A model generated the notes under the pieces. The model was not told the DNA's origin and made no database searches. It saw only the letters and a list, made by a program, of their open reading frames with translations. The position numbers were made by a program, and so were the translations under genes. Source: an uncultured archaeon (GTDB lineage: Archaea; Aenigmatarchaeota; Aenigmatarchaeia; QMZP01; JACQNV01). From it: a stretch of DNA of 64,000 nucleotides. Positions 37,931 through 47,407 of this stretch are shown here, one piece after another. The stretch is from positions 32,001-96,000 of the forward strand of contig CAYPFW010000002.1 of assembly GCA_964410585.1 (NCBI GenBank), written 5' to 3'. Each line of letters opens with the position of its first letter. The first letter of the stretch is position 1.

Positions 37931-38716
37931 ATGGGTTTCATAGATGAATATTTCCTGAATCCAATGGGGCACTACTATACTGTTCCGGCGATGCTTCTGT
38001 ATGGAGCACTTTTTGTTATTGCAATCTATCTATCATATAAGTACATACTAAAAAAAATTGGCTTGAAAATAGATTTGATTTTTATAATTTCCCTAATTCC
38101 ATTTATAATTTTTGGTGGCTCGGCGAGAGCCTTGAAAGATGGTGGATTCTATACAGGGTTTTTCTTCATGTCGCCTGGAATTTATGTAACTGTGTTTTTC
38201 ATAACTCTACTATCCTTACTTGTATCGATCCTTGTTCAGAAAAAATTTAAAATCGCATACTGGAAGCTGATGGTTTTGATTGGAAGCGTTTTAGTTTTGT
38301 TTAATGTCTTTCAGGTTCTTTCAATAGGCATACAAAACATGAGTGCAATTTACATACTTCTTGGCCTGTATTTTGCCTGGGGTCTGGCTTTCTTTGGCAT
38401 AAATAAAATCTATCCAAAACTAAGTATAGAAAATTCAATTGTTTTGTTTTCCCAAATGATGGATGCCACGCAAACATTTATTGCCGTGACTGTTTTTGGT
38501 TATGGACAACAGTTTCCAATAGTTAGCGGTTTGACATCTTTGTTTGGTCCGTGGGTGATATTCCCAGTTAAACTGATAATTGTGTATACTGCCCTTTATT
38601 TTTTGGACAAGGAAACATCAAACTCAGACATGAAAAATTGGATAAAAATTGGAATAATAATACTTGGCATGCCAATGGGAATAAGGGGTATGTTGAGATT
38701 GGCTATGGGCGTATAG
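37931..38716 (+). CDS. DUF63-family archaeal membrane protein
   Basis: PFIIFGGSARALKD, SPGIY, QMMDATQTF, R..LRLAMGV. Confidence 0.82.
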   Translation: MGFIDEYFLNPMGHYYTVPAMLLYGALFVIAIYLSYKYILKKIGLKIDLIFIISLIPFIIFGGSARALKDGGFYTGFFFMSPGIYVTVFFITLLSLLVSILVQKKFKIAYWKLMVLIGSVLVLFNVFQVLSIGIQNMSAIYILLGLYFAWGLAFFGINKIYPKLSIENSIVLFSQMMDATQTFIAVTVFGYGQQFPIVSGLTSLFGPWVIFPVKLIIVYTALYFLDKETSNSDMKNWIKIGIIILGMPMGIRGMLRLAMGV

Positions 38717-38747
38717 TATTAAATCTGATGAATAGTATGGAGGTAAA

Positions 38748-38975
38748 ATGAAAAAGCATTCAAAGTGTAATAATTGGATGATGTTGTTGTGTTTCGCGCC
38801 TGTGTTTGTTTTGATTTTAGTAAAAGTGTTTTTCCCTACATTTGCTTATTTGTCCATCCTTGCTTTGCTTATTTGTCCAATATCAATGGGATTGATGATG
38901 GTTATGGACAGGGGAAATAATCACTGTAAAATAAATGGAAGGCGTAAACTTAATGGAAGCCGTAAAAATTTCTGA
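38748..38975 (+). CDS. DUF2933-like small membrane protein
   Basis: WMMLLC..LLICPISMGLMM; 3' end runs into a repeat module. Confidence 0.7.
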   Translation: MKKHSKCNNWMMLLCFAPVFVLILVKVFFPTFAYLSILALLICPISMGLMMVMDRGNNHCKINGRRKLNGSRKNF

Positions 38976-39034
38976 GTCGAGACGAAGAAATTTTAGGCTC
39001 CTTTTTTGATTAACCTTTTTCTCAAAAAGGTTAA
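38935..39034 (+). repeat. Hairpin modules B and F
   Basis: GGAAGCCGTA-AAAATTTCT-GA-GTCGAGAC-GA-AGAAATTT-TAGGCTCC; TTAACCTTTTT/AAAAAGGTTAA. Confidence 0.8.
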
Positions 39035-39048
39035 GGGGGTGGAAAAAT

Positions 39049-39375
39049 ATGAACAATACAATAGGCAAATTGGTTCCGTACATAGTCGTTGCCTTGCTTG
39101 TCGGTGGTATTGTTGGTTATGTCATAGGACAATCCAATCAAAAATTTTCAAGCAGCTATATGCAAGAAACATCTTCCATGATGGGTAACAACGGAAATAT
39201 GATGATGCAAATGGGCAAGATGATGATGAATTCGGGTCAAATGATGCAACAAAAAGGATCCACATACAATGACACTGAAATGATGAACACGGGAAAAGAC
39301 CTAGAAAGCAGTGGATCAATGATGCAAAACAGTGGAACCGACATGCTAAAAAGAAGTACTGGAATGATGCAGTAA
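39049..39375 (+). CDS. Membrane-anchored Met-rich protein (putative Cu(I)/Ag(I) binder)
   Basis: TM followed by many MM/MMM repeats. Confidence 0.8.
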   Translation: MNNTIGKLVPYIVVALLVGGIVGYVIGQSNQKFSSSYMQETSSMMGNNGNMMMQMGKMMMNSGQMMQQKGSTYNDTEMMNTGKDLESSGSMMQNSGTDMLKRSTGMMQ

Positions 39376-39496
39376 TTGTTTAATATACAAAGATAATTTA
39401 TTTTTTTATCTTTGTATCAGCATCTAACAGTATGCAGAGCAACATTGCTAAAATTTGATACTATAATCATATAATGGATCTAATGGAGGTGAAAAC

Positions 39497-39751
39497 ATGG
39501 GAAATTTTTCAGAAATAAATAGCCAAGCATTTGGGATATCGTTTGCAATAGTTGGTTTTATTGGTTGGGTAATTGGTTTAGGATGGCACGGAATGATGGG
39601 TCAGCCAACTATGATGGGAGTGATGTACCAAGGGTTTTCATATATGAATCCGATTAACTCAGCAAGCATGCTTTTGCTTTTCGTAGTTGGCGGATACATA
39701 GCAGGCGAGCTTATAGCAAGGTTTTACAATTGGGCTTTGAAAAGAAAATAG
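39497..39751 (+). CDS. Small 2-TM protein with His/Met loop
   Basis: GWHGMMGQPTMMGVMY; GGAGGTGA SD. Confidence 0.78.
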   Translation: MGNFSEINSQAFGISFAIVGFIGWVIGLGWHGMMGQPTMMGVMYQGFSYMNPINSASMLLLFVVGGYIAGELIARFYNWALKRK

Positions 39752-39762
39752 GGGGTGAAAAT

Positions 39763-39801
39763 ATGGGACCAAAAAAGAAAAAGAAGGGGTGCTGTTGCTA
39801 A
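39763..39801 (+). CDS. 12-aa micropeptide MGPKKKKKGCCC
   Basis: GGGGTGA SD upstream; fills the gap between two genes; stop 2 nt before next ATG. Confidence 0.62.
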   Translation: MGPKKKKKGCCC

Positions 39802-39803
39802 AT

Positions 39804-40061
39804 ATGGAAAAATTAAACTCAAAAAGACTAGGCTTAGCTGGTGGAATAGTTGGGGGAGCAGTTGCGTTCATTACAACATTGTTTAGTGTCGCAACAGGAT
39901 ATGGAACAACATTTTTGCAAGTATATGCAAGTCTACATCCATTCTATTCAATTAGCATAGTAGGTGCTTTTTTAGCGCTTGTTTATTCCTTCATATGCTG
40001 GTTTGTGATGGGTTTTGTCTTGGCCAAGATTTATAATTGGCTTGGCAGAAAAGAGAAATAG
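39804..40061 (+). CDS. Small 2-TM membrane protein
   Basis: KLNSKRLGLAGG..YSISIVGA..AKIYNWL; resembles the 39497 protein. Confidence 0.75.
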   Translation: MEKLNSKRLGLAGGIVGGAVAFITTLFSVATGYGTTFLQVYASLHPFYSISIVGAFLALVYSFICWFVMGFVLAKIYNWLGRKEK

Positions 40062-40454
40062 ATGAAAAGAAATTTTGTGTATGGAATAAGCTCTTCAATT
40101 TTGGCTTTTTTAGTTTTAGGAATACCCACAGATCTTATTCCAAATGATTTTTTCAAAAGGATGACACCTATTACTATTTTTGATTATATTTTTTTGCTTC
40201 TTGTTCCTATTTTGTTTGGGATTTCCATTTTTCTGTACGCAAAAAATAAACAGTCGAGGAAGAAAACCTGTGTAGTAGGAGGTGGACTGGTTTCAGGTTG
40301 GCTAGCCGTGATTTGTCCAATATGCACTTCTTTCCTTGTGTATGTTTTTGGCGCTTCTTTTCTGCTAACTTATTTTGATCCAATAAGGCCGCTGTTTGGT
40401 GCTTTTAGTGTTATGATACTTGGGTTGTTGATTTATTTGCAAAAGAAAAATTAG
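40062..40454 (+). CDS. Membrane protein with intramembrane CPxC
   Basis: GIPTDLIPNDFFKRM, AVICPIC. Confidence 0.78.
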   Translation: MKRNFVYGISSSILAFLVLGIPTDLIPNDFFKRMTPITIFDYIFLLLVPILFGISIFLYAKNKQSRKKTCVVGGGLVSGWLAVICPICTSFLVYVFGASFLLTYFDPIRPLFGAFSVMILGLLIYLQKKN

Positions 40455-40678
40455 AAGCCTATTTCAAGTAAAGTGTTTGGTTTTGTATTCGTATCCGCAT
40501 ATCTTATCCATTTTGGTAGGATCCTGAAGTTGAAAGAACCGCAAGATTTTCTTTTTTTAGAAAATCTAGAATCATTTTTTCTTTTCTTCAGTATTCGTTT
40601 GGACTTTTTCCAAATTTAAAAGACTAGCTACCTGTTTTGATACTGTCTGTTTTATCAGCAGGATTGGCAAGTAAATGA

Positions 40679-41146
40679 ATGGAATCAATATCACAATTCA
40701 TGGAATCAGATCATGTGAGGCTAAACAAAATTTTCTCTGATTTTCAACAATTAAAAAACTCAGATCTGAAAAAAGCAAAAGAGGTTTTCTTAGAGTTTGA
40801 GTCTGGTTTGAAAAGACATATTCTTTGGGAAGAGGAAATAATTTTTGTACTTATAGGCGACAAAATAAAAATAAAAAAGGGTACATCAGCCGGGAAAATG
40901 TTAAGCATGCTTAGTATGCAACATACCCAAATAATAGAGTTTTTGCAACACATAAAAATTGGGCTCGAAAACGAAAAACAAGAAGCAGAGATTGAACAAC
41001 TTCTTTTGGAAATTCTCCAAGACCATAATAATGCAGAGGAGGGAATAGCCTATCCTTTAATAGACGATTTACTTTCAGATGATGAAAAAGAAAACGTTTT
41101 TTCAAAAATGAAAAATTTTCCGAAAGAAAGATATATTAACATTTAA
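40679..41146 (+). CDS. Hemerythrin-domain protein
   Basis: DHVRL, RHILWEEE, QH, DHNNAEE..YP. Confidence 0.88.
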   Translation: MESISQFMESDHVRLNKIFSDFQQLKNSDLKKAKEVFLEFESGLKRHILWEEEIIFVLIGDKIKIKKGTSAGKMLSMLSMQHTQIIEFLQHIKIGLENEKQEAEIEQLLLEILQDHNNAEEGIAYPLIDDLLSDDEKENVFSKMKNFPKERYINI

Positions 41147-41507
41147 ATTTTTCGCAGCCGACACAAGAGGCAGCTATACATGAGTCTGAAACATGACCCC
41201 ATTTAATGTTGAATTTTTTTGTCGTGTCAATTAATTGTTTTAGCTCTTCGCCTTTTTTTGTGATAGAATATAGAGTTTTTTTGCCCTCTCCCCTCTTTAT
41301 TATACCCTCAGATTCCATTTCTTTTAATTGTTTTGAAAGGATCCTTGGTGTAGTCCCGGATTTTTTAAGAAAATCATTGAAGCCTGTAAACTTGCCTAAA
41401 TAAATCTCCTGAAAAACAGGCAAAAACCACTTTGATCCAAAATGATTGTCAATTACTTTGCACTCCATGCACTTCTTTTCTATGCAATCTTTCCAAAAGA
41501 CCTGCAC
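41136..41507 (-). CDS. HxlR/HypR (DUF24) family regulator with terminal Cys clusters
   Basis: FGSKW, TPRILSKQLKEME..YSITKKG; N- and C-terminal Cys. Confidence 0.85.
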   Translation of the reverse strand: MQVFWKDCIEKKCMECKVIDNHFGSKWFLPVFQEIYLGKFTGFNDFLKKSGTTPRILSKQLKEMESEGIIKRGEGKKTLYSITKKGEELKQLIDTTKKFNIKWGHVSDSCIAASCVGCEKFKC

Positions 41508-41635
41508 TAGAAACCTCCTTTGTGTTTCTTTCCCGAAGAAAAGGTTTGAGATCCCAAAAGAAGGGATTTACAAACTTTTCGGAGATGTCCTATCCCAAAG
41601 AAAGGGATATTTAACTATTCTTTTTGAAAAACTCA

Positions 41636-41701
41636 GTATCAACTTTGATAGTATATTCTTGGACAGTATACTAATAAATCCTGCAGTATCTTTTTGGATA
41701 C
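41636..41701. promoter_or_regulatory. Two GTATC-N6-GATAC-type palindromes (putative HypR-like operators)
   Basis: GTATCAACTTTGATAG (41636) and GTATCTTTTTGGATAC (41686); related sites at 40628 and 42956. Confidence 0.6.
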
Positions 41702-41738
41702 TACTTTCTATTTATTCAGTTAATGCAATAAGCAGAAT

Positions 41739-42956
41739 ATGCCTCGACCTAAAATCAAACCAGAGCTCATGGCGCCTGTTGGCAATTGGACAATGTTAAA
41801 GGCTGCGATAGATGCAGGTGCAGATGCTGTTTATTTTGGTGTTAAAAAGCTCAATATGCGTGCAGGTGCGCAAAACTTTTCTTTGGAAGAGCTTCTGGAT
41901 GTTATTTCCTTTTGCCACAAAAACAATGTCAAGGCATACCTTACTTTGAACACGATTATTTTTGAAAATGAAGTATCAGAATTAAAGGAGATTTTAACTG
42001 AAGCAAAGAGAGCAAAAATAGATGCAGTTATATGCTGGGATCTTGCAGTTATTTCGCTTGCAAAAAAAATTAAAATCCCAATTTTTCTGTCAACTCAGGC
42101 ATCTGTGTCAAATTCAGATGCAGCAAAACTGTATAGTAGTCTTGGTGTGAAAAGAGTTGTTTTAGCAAGGGAGTGTAATTTGGACCAAATAAAGGAAATT
42201 GTTAAAAACTCAAAAATGGAAGTTGAAGTCTTCATCCATGGAGCAATGTGCATATCTGTTTCTGGGCGCTGCTTTTTGAGCCACCATACATTTGCAAAGA
42301 GTGCAAATAGAGGAGAGTGTCAGCAGCCGTGCAGAAGCGAATATGAGATATATGATCAAGACAGAAAAAATTCGTTTATTTTGGGAAAGGACTATATCTT
42401 GTCTCCAAAAGATCTATGTACAATTGATTTTATTGACAAAATAATTGAGTCTGGTGTTTGTTCACTGAAAATAGAAGGGCGAAAAAGAAGTCCTGAATAT
42501 GTTTCTACTGTTGTTTCTGTATATAGAGAAGCCATTGACCTTTATTTTGAAAAAAGTCTTACAGATGCAAAGAAAAAAGAGCTTTCTGAAAAACTAAAAA
42601 CAGTCTATAATAGAGGTTTCTCTCCGGGGTTTTATTTTGGACAACCTTCTTCAAAAGATTTTTCAGAAACTCCAGGAAGTATAGCAACTACGCGAAAAAC
42701 AGATATAGCAAGAGTCAAAAACTTTTACAAAAAACAAAATGTTGTTTTGTTTAAACTACTTACAGACGAATTAAAAGTTGGGGATAAGATAATGATTCAG
42801 GGCCCGACAACAGGTGTTGTTGAGCATAAAATAGAAGGTATGATGGTAAACGAGAGAACTGCTGAAAAGGCAAAGAGAGGCGACATGGTTTGCATAAAAA
42901 TTGAAAAAGATGCTAGAAAAAATGATTTAGTTTTTTTGATAAAAAGTGCTGTATAG
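41739..42956 (+). CDS. U32-family protein (TrhP-like RNA hydroxylation factor)
   Basis: ELMAPVG, GADAVYFG, HGAMCISVSGRC, NRGECQQPCR, SLKIEGR. Confidence 0.92.
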   Translation: MPRPKIKPELMAPVGNWTMLKAAIDAGADAVYFGVKKLNMRAGAQNFSLEELLDVISFCHKNNVKAYLTLNTIIFENEVSELKEILTEAKRAKIDAVICWDLAVISLAKKIKIPIFLSTQASVSNSDAAKLYSSLGVKRVVLARECNLDQIKEIVKNSKMEVEVFIHGAMCISVSGRCFLSHHTFAKSANRGECQQPCRSEYEIYDQDRKNSFILGKDYILSPKDLCTIDFIDKIIESGVCSLKIEGRKRSPEYVSTVVSVYREAIDLYFEKSLTDAKKKELSEKLKTVYNRGFSPGFYFGQPSSKDFSETPGSIATTRKTDIARVKNFYKKQNVVLFKLLTDELKVGDKIMIQGPTTGVVEHKIEGMMVNERTAEKAKRGDMVCIKIEKDARKNDLVFLIKSAV

Positions 42957-43126
42957 TATATTCTTTGATACTATATGCTATATATCTAAACCCATCAAAA
43001 TAAATGTATGGCTCAAACTTGTCCTGGAAGGGAAGTTTTTTCGGAAATGGTTCCTTTTGGATCAGAGAAAAATCAATGTGTTTTAGGTTTAGATGTGCCT
43101 TGTACAATATGTAAATACTACAAATT

Positions 43127-43825
43127 ATGAAAAATTCGCAGCCGAAAGCAGAAGAAAAGCATGAAGAAAGAAAGTCTGGGTGGAAAAATGCCTTCCTTGT
43201 GTTGGTTATTGTTTTTCTTATAACTTTTAGCTATTCTATTTTAAGATACAATGTTTTCAAGGGAGAAGGTATAGAGCATCTTCCTCTATACATATCAAAC
43301 AAAGCAATTTCTCTTGGAGCTACAATACTTATAGGCATTTCTTTCCTGTTGGGACCTTTATGTAGATTTTCAAAGAAGTTTGTTCCGAAACTTTATTTGA
43401 GAAAATATATAGGAATTCTGGGATTTGGTGTTGCAGCCATACATGGAATTATTTCGCTCCTTATTTTTAATCAAGCATACTATGGTAAATTTTTCCTTGA
43501 GTCAGGAAAACTTACTTTTGCAGGCGAACTTTCAATGCTTTTCGGTATCTTGGCAATATTTATGTTTGCAGTTGTTTCAATTACATCCCTTCCTTCTGTT
43601 GAATCTGGGCTACACCCAAAGCAGTGGAAGTTTATACAAAGATCAGGATACATAGCCTACTTTTTGGTTATTCTTCATGTTACACTAATGGGTTTTGGTG
43701 GGTGGTTTGATCCGACAAAATGGCCAGGTGGAATGTATCCAATAACACTCGTTGCTTTTTCATTTATATTGTTTGTTTTCCTGGTTAGGATAGTTGTTTT
43801 CGTTTTTCCAAAAAGGAGGGTCTAG
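43127..43825 (+). CDS. Ferric-reductase-like transmembrane protein (MsrQ/STEAP-like)
   Basis: RKYIG..H, ITS.P, WKFIQR..Y..H; six TM segments. Confidence 0.85.
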   Translation: MKNSQPKAEEKHEERKSGWKNAFLVLVIVFLITFSYSILRYNVFKGEGIEHLPLYISNKAISLGATILIGISFLLGPLCRFSKKFVPKLYLRKYIGILGFGVAAIHGIISLLIFNQAYYGKFFLESGKLTFAGELSMLFGILAIFMFAVVSITSLPSVESGLHPKQWKFIQRSGYIAYFLVILHVTLMGFGGWFDPTKWPGGMYPITLVAFSFILFVFLVRIVVFVFPKRRV

Positions 43826-43845
43826 TTTTTAAATTCAATAAACTT

Positions 43846-44757
43846 ATGTTCGACTTAATCATAGTTGGAGCAGGTCCTGCTGGGATGTCAGCTGCTTTGT
43901 ATGCAGCAAGGCAGAAGCTAAGTTTTCTTCTTATTACAAAAAGTATAGGCGGTTTGGCAAATTATGTTCCGAGTCTCAAAAATTTTTTGGGCATCCATTA
44001 TATCACAGGATATGATCTTGTAAAAAAATTCCAAGAGCATCTAAAGGAATTTGGAATACCGATAAAAGAAGGGATAGATGTCGGGAAAATAACTCAAATA
44101 AAGGGTGGATTTAAAGTAAAGGCAGATGGTCAGGAATTTGAAACAAAATCAGTAATAGTGGCAAGTGGTAGACGTTTTAAGATGCTTGGGGTTAAGGGAG
44201 AATCAAAGTTTGAAGGAAAAGGCCTGAGTTTGTGCACAGCATGTGATGGTCCGCTTTTCAAAAACAAAACAATTGCAATAATCGGTGGAGGGCGGACAGG
44301 TTTATACTCTACTTTGTTCATGTTATCAGTTGCGAAGAAAATATACATACTTGAAAGAGAAAATGAGATAAAGGAACAAGGTGCGATAAAAGAAGTAGCC
44401 AAAATAGTAAAGGGCGCAAAAAACGTTGAAATAATTACAGGCGCTGAGACAAGGGAGATTTTTGGTGAGAAGTTTGCAAAAGGAATAAAATATGTTAAAG
44501 CTAAAAAAGAAAAGAGTTTAGAAGTAGATGGGATTTTTGTTGCGATTGGTTATGAGCCAAACACAGAATTCGTGAAAGATTTAGCTGAATTAAACAACAG
44601 GGGGGAATTGATAATTGATAAGAACAACATGTCTGATATACCAGGTCTTTTCGCAGCTGGAGACTGCACAGATCTGCACGAAAAGCAGGTTGTTGTTTCA
44701 GTTGGCGAGGGTGCAAAAGCAACATTGTCTGCAATAATGTATTTGGAGAGATTATAA
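43846..44757 (+). CDS. trxB: Thioredoxin reductase-like FAD oxidoreductase
   Basis: GAGPAG, CTACDG, GLFAAGD. Confidence 0.85.
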   Translation: MFDLIIVGAGPAGMSAALYAARQKLSFLLITKSIGGLANYVPSLKNFLGIHYITGYDLVKKFQEHLKEFGIPIKEGIDVGKITQIKGGFKVKADGQEFETKSVIVASGRRFKMLGVKGESKFEGKGLSLCTACDGPLFKNKTIAIIGGGRTGLYSTLFMLSVAKKIYILERENEIKEQGAIKEVAKIVKGAKNVEIITGAETREIFGEKFAKGIKYVKAKKEKSLEVDGIFVAIGYEPNTEFVKDLAELNNRGELIIDKNNMSDIPGLFAAGDCTDLHEKQVVVSVGEGAKATLSAIMYLERL

Positions 44758-44758
44758 T

Positions 44759-45448
44759 ATGGTAGAATACAAATGTGAGGAGTGTAAAAAAGTATTTGAT
44801 TCAGAAGATGCTTTCAATCAACACAACCAGGCCAAGCATATAAAAGGCGAAAATCAAAAAAGCAAATTAAATGTAAAAAAATATTTGCCAGCAGTTGTTC
44901 TGATTTTAATAATTTTAGGTGCTGCTTATCTAATGACAAGTAAGCCAAAGTACGATATAAAAATAGATGTAGTAGATCACATAAAAGGAACAGGTCAAAT
45001 AGAGATTATCGAGTTTTCTGATTTCCAGTGTCCTGCATGTGGATTTGCCTATCCTGATATAAAAAAATTTGTTGAGCAATATTCAGATAAAGTAAAATTT
45101 GTTTACAAACATTTTCCTTTACCAAATCACCAATTTGCAGTAAAAGCTGCAGAGGCCTCAGAATGTGCAGCTGATCAAGGAAAGTTTTGGGAATACCACG
45201 ATAAGTTGTTTGAGAACCAAAAAGCACTGGCTGTTGATGATTTGAAAAAATATGCTCAAGAGATAGGCGTGGATTCATCTGAGTTTAATATTTGTTTAGA
45301 TAGCGGTGTGATGTCTTCAAGAGTTTCAAGTGGATACAACCAAGGTCAGTCGCTTGGTGTAGATGGAACACCTTCATTTTTCATAAAAGGACAGAAATAT
45401 CTGGGAGCCCAAAGCTTCGAGAAGCTAAAGCAAATAACTGGGCTTTGA
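44759..45448 (+). CDS. C2H2 zinc finger + TM + DsbA-like protein
   Basis: CEECKKVFDSEDAFNQHNQAKH; EFSDFQCPAC; GTPSF. Confidence 0.88.
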   Translation: MVEYKCEECKKVFDSEDAFNQHNQAKHIKGENQKSKLNVKKYLPAVVLILIILGAAYLMTSKPKYDIKIDVVDHIKGTGQIEIIEFSDFQCPACGFAYPDIKKFVEQYSDKVKFVYKHFPLPNHQFAVKAAEASECAADQGKFWEYHDKLFENQKALAVDDLKKYAQEIGVDSSEFNICLDSGVMSSRVSSGYNQGQSLGVDGTPSFFIKGQKYLGAQSFEKLKQITGL

Positions 45449-45558
45449 TATGATTGATATACTAGTTATGGAACCTGTAAGAGATCTATCATATATCTAA
45501 TAGCAGGAATTGTAATAGTAAATTTTACAGTGAATAAAATTGCATAGTAGAGAAATCT

Positions 45559-46878
45559 ATGAAACAACGGAATAGAAGTTACAAACTGAAAAAAGAACTT
45601 TCGCTTTTTTCAACTGTACTTTTAGGAATAGGGATAATTTTAGGTGCTGGAATATATGCACTCATTGGTGTTGGAGCCGAAGTGGCAGGAAACATGTTGT
45701 GGGCCGCCTTCGCTATTTCAGCAATAGTTGCGATTTTTACAGGCCTGAGCTATGCTGAGTTGTCGAGTATCTTTTCAAAAGACGCTGCTGAATATAACTA
45801 TACAAAGCAAGCCTTTGGAAAGGAGTGGCTGTCTTTTGGAGTTAGTTGGGTTCTAATAGTTGCTGGAGTGATATCAGCGGCGACGGTAGCTATTGGTTTT
45901 GCAGGCTATTTTTCCCATATATTTGGGGGTAATATAAATCTAATTGCTTTTGGTCTTGTAGTTATAATGAGCATACTAAACTATTTTGGAATGAGGGATT
46001 CTGCAAGATTCAATAACATTGCCTCTCTAATTGAGGCAGCTGGTTTGATTCTAGTCATAATAATTGGAATTTTCTTTTTAGGGAAATCAAACACGAACTT
46101 TTTTGAAATGCCAGCAGCAGGGTTTGCTGGGCTCATGTCTGCTGTTTCAATAATATTTTTTGCATATATTGGTTTTGAAAACTTAGCAAACCTTTCAGAA
46201 GAGGTCAAAAATCCAAGAAAAACATTACCGAAAGCGCTTGTAATTTCATTAATAATATCAACAATACTTTACATTTTAGTTTCTGTGGCATCTGTAGAAA
46301 TTTTAGGTGCTGAAAAACTGGCAGCATCAAAGGCTCCTTTGACAGAAGTTGTCACCAAAGCCATACCAAATGCCTCTCTCTTAATGTCTATAATTGCTTT
46401 GTTCGCAACTGGAAATACTGTGCTTATTATCCTTATAGTTGTTTCAAGAATTCTATATGGAATGTCAAACCAACATTCCCTTCCAAAATTCTGTTCAGCT
46501 GTTGGAAAAAGAGGAACTCCATATGTAGCAATAGCTCTTGTAGGTATAGTTACAGCTTTGTTTGCGGCTTTAGGTAACCTTAAGCTTATAGCATCAGTGA
46601 CTGATTTAGGTGTGTTTATTGCATACTTTTTTGTAAATTTGGCACTGATAAAATTGAGGTATAAAAAAGGATATATTGGAAGTGGTTTTAGGAGTCCGAG
46701 CATTGGAAGGTTTCCTATCCTGGCTCTTTTTGGTTTGATAACATCAGTTATATTGTTTTTCTATTTTGATTTGTATGTTTGGTTTTTGGAACTATTATCA
46801 ATAGTATTAGGATTCATAATCTATAGAGCTTTCAAAAGGAATCAGAAATACAAGTTATCTAAAAGATTTAGCACATGA
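45559..46878 (+). CDS. APC-family amino acid permease
   Basis: GIILGAGIY, YAELSS, FFAYIGFE; 12 TM segments. Confidence 0.92.
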   Translation: MKQRNRSYKLKKELSLFSTVLLGIGIILGAGIYALIGVGAEVAGNMLWAAFAISAIVAIFTGLSYAELSSIFSKDAAEYNYTKQAFGKEWLSFGVSWVLIVAGVISAATVAIGFAGYFSHIFGGNINLIAFGLVVIMSILNYFGMRDSARFNNIASLIEAAGLILVIIIGIFFLGKSNTNFFEMPAAGFAGLMSAVSIIFFAYIGFENLANLSEEVKNPRKTLPKALVISLIISTILYILVSVASVEILGAEKLAASKAPLTEVVTKAIPNASLLMSIIALFATGNTVLIILIVVSRILYGMSNQHSLPKFCSAVGKRGTPYVAIALVGIVTALFAALGNLKLIASVTDLGVFIAYFFVNLALIKLRYKKGYIGSGFRSPSIGRFPILALFGLITSVILFFYFDLYVWFLELLSIVLGFIIYRAFKRNQKYKLSKRFST

Positions 46879-47280
46879 GCTGCAGCAAAAGGCAAATGTT
46901 TTAGATTTTATTTTTTTTCTATAGCCGCCCTGATAAACCTTGCATGCGCAGTGTGCGCATTCTGTGAGTTTTGGTTCAATTGCAATTTCTATAAGATTGT
47001 CAAATTTTGCCAGCAAATTTTTTACAAATGCTCTCCCCTGTGGAGTTAGAGTATATATTTTTTTATCTCTGTTACCTAGATCCTTTGAGAGTATGTATCT
47101 TTCGTTTTCAAGCTTTCTCAAAAATGGATAAACGTTTCCGGCACTTATTTTTTTCTTCAACCTGCCTTCAAGGTTTTTGATTATTTCGTATCCATGTTTT
47201 GGTTTTTCGTTCAATAGAAGCAAAGTGTAAAGTTTAGTCAAACTCGTCATGTTTTCTAGAGAATCCTTTGTCCTTACCAT
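46855..47280 (-). CDS. PadR-family regulator with C-terminal TRASH-like Cys domain
   Basis: KHGYEII..GNVYPFL..YTLTPQG; CAHCAC..FCCSSCA; divergent from copA. Confidence 0.85.
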   Translation of the reverse strand: MVRTKDSLENMTSLTKLYTLLLLNEKPKHGYEIIKNLEGRLKKKISAGNVYPFLRKLENERYILSKDLGNRDKKIYTLTPQGRAFVKNLLAKFDNLIEIAIEPKLTECAHCACKVYQGGYRKKIKSKTFAFCCSSCAKSFR

Positions 47281-47322
47281 AGAATAATATGGGAACCTTT
47301 TTATATAAGCTTTCAAAATATA

Positions 47323-47343
47323 ATATATCAAAATATGATATAT
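47323..47343. promoter_or_regulatory. Palindrome between the PadR-TRASH gene and copA
   Basis: ATATATCA-AAATA-TGATATAT. Confidence 0.45.
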
Positions 47344-47407
47344 ATTAGTGGTTGTCAAGTTGGATGACTCTCTATTGTTGTGTAGAAAATGGTAAAATCA
47401 TAGTCAT

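Noticed and set aside
39804-40061. Phage holin or prophage
   Set aside because: No phage genes nearby; the context is a metal/redox operon.
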